64,000 nt of DNA from Halobacteriovoraceae bacterium (GTDB taxonomy: Bacteria; Bdellovibrionota; Bacteriovoracia; Bacteriovoracales; Bacteriovoracaceae). Shown piece by piece: positions 59,396-64,000 of the stretch (the stretch's first letter is position 1; each line of letters begins with the position of its first letter). Location: assembly GCA_963719505.1 (NCBI GenBank), contig CAVRCF010000005.1:416001-480000 (forward strand), written 5' to 3'. A model generated the notes under the pieces. That model did not search any database. It saw only the letters and a program-made list of their open reading frames with translations, and was not told where the DNA came from. The position numbers and the translations under genes are program-made.

Positions 59396-60626
59396 GTTAA
59401 AGACGGGTCTTTTTTCTAGAAACTTAGCTTTTGCAAAGATGGCCTCAAAGCTTGGCAAAGATCTCTACCTTTCTAAAAAAGAAGAAGTTTCCGATAAAAT
59501 AATCGAAAGTATCTTTAAACGTGGAGATCTCCTAAAGAATGAGTTAGGTGAACTCAAGGGAAGTTTGTTAAAAGCCGGACAAATGCTATCGATGTATTCA
59601 CAAGACCTTTTACCAAAAGAGTTTAGTCATCTTTTGACTGAACTTCAAAATCAAACCAGCTATCTAGACTTTGAGATTATAAAAAAACAAATTCCTAAAA
59701 ATGCCTTAGAAAATCTCACTATTAATCCCGATGCAATCGCCGCAGCTTCCATAGGGCAAGTTCACAGTGCAACCACCGCCTCTGGGGAAAAACTGGTTTT
59801 AAAAGTACAGTATAAAAATGTTGAAAAACTCATCGATACAGATCTTTGGATTTTAAGAAAGATTCTCTCTCTCCTTAAGGTCGTCCCAAAATCTTATGAC
59901 TTCGATGAAGTCTTTCTTGAGATTAAAAAGATGCTTCTCAATGAAATGGATTACGAGACAGAGGCGAAAAACACGATTCGCTTTAAAGAAATAGCTCACC
60001 CAATGTTCTATGTGCCAAAAGTCTATTTGGAATACAGTAATAAAAAGACACTTGCTCTTGAATTTATAGATGCACCTAGTGTTGATGAGTATCTTGAAGG
60101 TGCCAGTGAGGCTGAAAAAATAAAATTGGCCAAAGATTTTTTCACTCTCTTTCTAAAAGAGATCTACCACTGGAAAATCCTTCAAAGCGATGCCCATGCT
60201 GGAAATTACTTTATCAAAGATGGACGTTGGGTCCTCATTGACTTTGGTGCAACCAAGGAGATAGAAGACGAACTTTATATGTCTCTTATCGACTCTCTTT
60301 TTCTTAGAGACCGCGAAAAGCTTTTCCAAGCACTCAAAGAAAATGGTGCAATAGATCTTGAAAATACTGACTTAGACTATTTTTGGGAATACATAGAACT
60401 CATCTCTACTCCCCTTCAACCAGGTCTTTACAACTGGAAAGAATCCGATATCTTAAAGCAGGTGATGAGTCGAGTTAAGGAGTTACAGACAAAAATAAAA
60501 TTCCATCGACTTCCCCATGAAAATATATTTATCGATAGAAAAATTAGTGGAGTCTATTTTATGCTGACAAAAATTGGTGTCTCAATCGATCTTCATTCGC
60601 TCTTTAAAGACTTCAAACAGCTTTAA
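59379..60626 (+). CDS. AarF/ABC1/UbiB family kinase
   Basis: LKGSLLKAGQ, AAASIGQVH, LKVQY, EMDYETEA, DAHAGN, IDFG. Confidence 0.92.
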   Translation: MKKLNKLKTGLFSRNLAFAKMASKLGKDLYLSKKEEVSDKIIESIFKRGDLLKNELGELKGSLLKAGQMLSMYSQDLLPKEFSHLLTELQNQTSYLDFEIIKKQIPKNALENLTINPDAIAAASIGQVHSATTASGEKLVLKVQYKNVEKLIDTDLWILRKILSLLKVVPKSYDFDEVFLEIKKMLLNEMDYETEAKNTIRFKEIAHPMFYVPKVYLEYSNKKTLALEFIDAPSVDEYLEGASEAEKIKLAKDFFTLFLKEIYHWKILQSDAHAGNYFIKDGRWVLIDFGATKEIEDELYMSLIDSLFLRDREKLFQALKENGAIDLENTDLDYFWEYIELISTPLQPGLYNWKESDILKQVMSRVKELQTKIKFHRLPHENIFIDRKISGVYFMLTKIGVSIDLHSLFKDFKQL

Positions 60627-61197
60627 GAAATTCTCGGTAGCATTTGATCTTTAAATAATCTGAACTCTCTGGGTGTCTTTGCATGGGATCGTACATAATG
60701 GGAAAAGAATTAGCATTGATGGCTGTCTCAATATCAAATAGATGATCGCCAATAAATACGATCTCACTGGTATCAATTCCCCATTTTTTTGCCATGATCT
60801 CTAACCCCTCAGGATTTGGCTTGGCCAAACAATCATCACGAGATAAGACAATATCGAATTCAAGATTAAATTTACTCAACGAAATATGAGCGACTTCATT
60901 ACTATTTCTCGTTAAAATACCTGTGGGAATATTATTTTGTTTAAGATAATTTATTAAGTCCGTAATCCCATCGATTAACAAAGCGTTTTGTGCCCCAATC
61001 ATTTCATGATTATTGACCACATCCCAAGCCTTTTGTTTTTCAATTTCACATTCAATATTATCTAAGTGCTCTAAAATTCCAACATCTTGTGGAAAATTGA
61101 GTTCACTTCTCATACGAGTGAAGTCCAGTTTTGAATCGACAATAGTTCCATCAAGATCGAATGCATAACCCTTAATTTTTTTTAATCGTTCAAACAT
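60613..61197 (-). CDS. HAD-family hydrolase
   Basis: FDLDGTIVDS, LTRN, KPNP, IGDHLFD. Confidence 0.92.
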   Translation of the reverse strand: MFERLKKIKGYAFDLDGTIVDSKLDFTRMRSELNFPQDVGILEHLDNIECEIEKQKAWDVVNNHEMIGAQNALLIDGITDLINYLKQNNIPTGILTRNSNEVAHISLSKFNLEFDIVLSRDDCLAKPNPEGLEIMAKKWGIDTSEIVFIGDHLFDIETAINANSFPIMYDPMQRHPESSDYLKIKCYREFLKAV

Positions 61198-61327
61198 ATC
61201 TAAATTATGCCATCAAAAGCTTAAACACGTTAGTGAATTTTAGAAATGCACAGCAGCAACTCAACTCAAATTATTGACTAAATGTCTAAAATTCGAGAAG
61301 ATCCACGGTCAAACCAAGGAATAAAAA

Positions 61328-62695
61328 ATGTCAATTTATGTCAATAGAGTGCTCAATATGAAACATATCAAAGTTATCGGCTTTGATATGGATCACACTT
61401 TAGTAAGATACCATACAGAAGAATTTGAAAAGCTAGTTTTCGATATTACGATTGAGAAGCTTATAAACGATCACAAATACCCCACCGTAGTAAAAAAGTT
61501 TAAGTTCGATTTTGAAAAAGCAATTAGAGGACTTATTATTGATAAAGATAATGGGAATGTTTTAAAGGTTTCACTTTATAGTAAAATTAAACACTCTTAC
61601 CATGGCTCTAAAGTGTTCTCTTATAAAGACCAAATGGAACTTTACGGAAGCCAAAACATTGATCTTCGAGAAGATAGATACCTCTCCGTTGATACCGCTT
61701 TTAGTATCGCTTTTGTTGTTATCTATTCGCAGCTGGTTGATCTCAAAGATGCTAGTAACGATATAGAACTTCCAACCTACGGCGAGATGGCCAGTGATGT
61801 TCTCAATTGTGTAGACATCGCCCACCGAGATGGATCAATAAAAGAAGTGGTTAAAGCCAATCTAGAAAAATACGTTATCAAAGAAAAAGAGGTTGTCGAC
61901 GCACTTTTACGCTTTAAGCAGTATGATAAGAAATTATGGGTCATCACAAACTCAGGATTCGCCTATACCAAAGCTCTACTCGATTATTGTATCGATCCAT
62001 TTATGCCACAGGGGCAAACGTGGAAAGATCTGTTTGAGATAACAGTTACACTGGCGATGAAACCACGCTTTTTTACCGATAAGTTACACTTTTTATCCGT
62101 TGAAGATGACAATGGTCTTTTACAAAACTATGACAAAAAACTTGTTCCGGGTATCTATCAAGGTGGCTACGGGGTAAAGCTTCAACAAGACATGGGTATT
62201 GCAGAAAGTGAAATACTCTACCTGGGTGACCATATTTATGGTGATATTTTAAAACTTAAAAAAGCTTGTGCCTGGAGAACGGCCCTCGTTATTGAGGAAC
62301 TTTCTGATGAAGTTGCGGCTTACAAAAGTACAAAGAGCATAAGTATCGAGATTGACGAACTTATGGAAAAAAAGATTACTCTTGAAAGAGAAATCGATAA
62401 TCTTTACGCTGATGAGTATGAGTTTAAAAAGAAAGTTGATAAAGACCATGTTCATGAAAAATTTGATGAAATCGAAAAGATAGATAAATCACTTGGAAAG
62501 CTTATTAGAAACTATGAATCCCACTTCAATCCAACATGGGGTGAAATAATGAGAGCTGGTGCTGAGCCTAGCTTTTTCTCTGAGCAAGTTGACCGCTACG
62601 CCTGTATTTATATGACAAAGATCTCAGATTTTAATGATTTTAGTCCAAGGATGTATTATCGACCGGCGAAACGGCGTCTATCTCACGAAGTATAG
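61328..62695 (+). CDS. HAD-IG family 5'-nucleotidase
   Basis: GFDMDHTL, ITNS, KPRFF, YLGDHIYGD, WRTALVIEEL, RYACIY. Confidence 0.92.
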   Translation: MSIYVNRVLNMKHIKVIGFDMDHTLVRYHTEEFEKLVFDITIEKLINDHKYPTVVKKFKFDFEKAIRGLIIDKDNGNVLKVSLYSKIKHSYHGSKVFSYKDQMELYGSQNIDLREDRYLSVDTAFSIAFVVIYSQLVDLKDASNDIELPTYGEMASDVLNCVDIAHRDGSIKEVVKANLEKYVIKEKEVVDALLRFKQYDKKLWVITNSGFAYTKALLDYCIDPFMPQGQTWKDLFEITVTLAMKPRFFTDKLHFLSVEDDNGLLQNYDKKLVPGIYQGGYGVKLQQDMGIAESEILYLGDHIYGDILKLKKACAWRTALVIEELSDEVAAYKSTKSISIEIDELMEKKITLEREIDNLYADEYEFKKKVDKDHVHEKFDEIEKIDKSLGKLIRNYESHFNPTWGEIMRAGAEPSFFSEQVDRYACIYMTKISDFNDFSPRMYYRPAKRRLSHEV

Positions 62696-63497
62696 AATTG
62701 ATTTCGTCAAAATGTTTGAGGTTATTGTGTTTGATATAGCCTTTGAGAAGAACTCGACTTTTTGACTGTATCGTTTTTATCACCTCGTTAATTTTCGTAG
62801 AATCGATATATTTTTGATCGGAGTGCTTATCAAAAATGTCTTTAAGTGATTTTATTCTCCAGTAGTCCATGGCAAAATATTTCGATGATAATTGGTCCTC
62901 ATCTCCTCCATATTTGTCGATTAAATATTCTGGAAGAAACCCAACCTCTTCAACGGCCGTGATCTTAAGCCATAAATCGAAATCCTCACACACCGGATAG
63001 TCTTCTCTAAAAGCGCCAAAGCGATCAAATATTGTGGCTTTTACCATCACTGTAGAGGGAGAAATAACACAGAGATTTAAGCATCTTAAAAACTGATCTC
63101 CACCGTCTTTTTTATATTTTTTTGGAGGATTTACTTTTACACCATTTCGGATCCATACTTCATTAGTATGCACCAAGTTTAAATGAGTATTTTTCTTAAA
63201 AAATGAAATTTGCTTTTGGATTTTTTCTGGATGCCACTTATCATCGGAATCTAAAAAAGCGATGTATTCACCACGAGCTTTTTCTATTCCTAAGTTTCTT
63301 GCAGCACTCACCCCTTTATTTTCTTGATAAAAATATCTAGCTCCCACACTTAGTAGCTTGGTATCATCTGATGATCCATCATCCACGACAATGAGTTCAA
63401 TATTTTTATAAGTTTGAGACAGAACACTCTCGATAGCACGAGGAAGAACGTGAGCTCGATTAAAAGTCGGAATTATGACTGAAACTAGACTATTCAT
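62640..63497 (-). CDS. Glycosyltransferase family 2 (start probably 63497)
   Basis: VSVIIPTFNR, VVDDGSSD, ARNLG, FLDSDD, EDFDLW. Confidence 0.93.
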   Translation of the reverse strand: MNSLVSVIIPTFNRAHVLPRAIESVLSQTYKNIELIVVDDGSSDDTKLLSVGARYFYQENKGVSAARNLGIEKARGEYIAFLDSDDKWHPEKIQKQISFFKKNTHLNLVHTNEVWIRNGVKVNPPKKYKKDGGDQFLRCLNLCVISPSTVMVKATIFDRFGAFREDYPVCEDFDLWLKITAVEEVGFLPEYLIDKYGGDEDQLSSKYFAMDYWRIKSLKDIFDKHSDQKYIDSTKINEVIKTIQSKSRVLLKGYIKHNNLKHFDEINSILREIDAVSPVDNTSLD

Positions 63498-64000
63498 TAA
63501 AGCCTTCAATAATATTCAAACCCTCTTGATATAAAGAGTCTGGAATTTCATGAGACCAAAGGTTTTCTAAAAGTTTGAGATGTTCGGCTTTTTTAAATCC
63601 ACAAAGTGTTTGATCAATTCCTCTAAAGTCAGTATTAAATCGAATCGCAAAGGCAAGGGGATCAACGCTATGCTGGGCCAAAAGCTTAAAAAGAGCAGAA
63701 GCTTTAGTCACTTTCTCCCTCCACTGACTTTTTTTCCACCAAGGAGATTTTTTGCGACAGTCTGAGGTTTCAAACACTCGATCAGCACTTACACTTCCTG
63801 TGAGAATACCTTTATCAAAAGTTCCCCATGCTTGAGAGAATTTTTTCGAACGAGGAGATATATTTTGATTAAAAAGGTTAGACTCACCTTGAATAAAATC
63901 AATTTCATCACTATTAAAATCACCAAAATTACTCAATCCTAAATGAAGAATTTTTCCCTCTTTTTTGGCCTTTAGCAGAGGCTCTAGAGTTTGTGAAAGT
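63490..64000 (-). CDS. Aldo/keto reductase family protein, C-terminal part (runs off the window)
   Basis: Frame open to the window edge: PLLKAKKEGKILHLGLSNF, NLFNQ, KGILTG, AFAIRF. Confidence 0.7.
   Translation of the reverse strand, partial: LSQTLEPLLKAKKEGKILHLGLSNFGDFNSDEIDFIQGESNLFNQNISPRSKKFSQAWGTFDKGILTGSVSADRVFETSDCRKKSPWWKKSQWREKVTKASALFKLLAQHSVDPLAFAIRFNTDFRGIDQTLCGFKKAEHLKLLENLWSHEIPDSLYQEGLNIIEGFNE

Noticed and set aside
190-63765. Numerous 60-150 aa ORFs nested in or antisense to long genes
   Set aside because: Overlapped by well-supported CDSs and lacking motifs; treated as shadow ORFs.

Overview
AT-rich bacterial chromosome segment. Gene content suggests a predatory Bdellovibrionota, probably Bacteriovoracaceae/Halobacteriovorax-like (inference, no search run). 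The backbone carries PSP1/RicT-family, sbcDC, asnS, a PfkB kinase, rsmJ, fused gcvP, a FabR-like TetR with hemolysin III, korAB, ABC-F, Nif3, an AarF kinase and HAD hydrolases, plus many secreted orphan proteins. The main observation is a ~9.75 kb tyrosine-integrase island (24401-34166) inserted in the 5' end of prfC (RF3). It is bounded by a perfect 19-bp direct repeat, leaves the native prfC promoter and first codons stranded on the left, and supplies a near-copy of that promoter plus a replacement 5' coding end on the right. This is the SXT/R391 strategy, but here with no conjugation genes. Its cargo includes an IS3 element, a truncated DUF4385 gene and a HEPN-like candidate. prfC itself is split by a +1 frameshift ending at TTT-TAA-C, most likely an indel. 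Other observations: sigma28 (FliA)-type promoters, one of which doubles as the 5' arm of an intrinsic terminator; several apparently leaderless genes; a probable ATT-initiated PilZ gene; a candidate minus-strand sRNA; and a cluster of two prepilin-tipped fibre adhesins flanked by FHA proteins and an Ig/RCC1 lipoprotein. No rRNA, intact tRNA or CRISPR array was seen.
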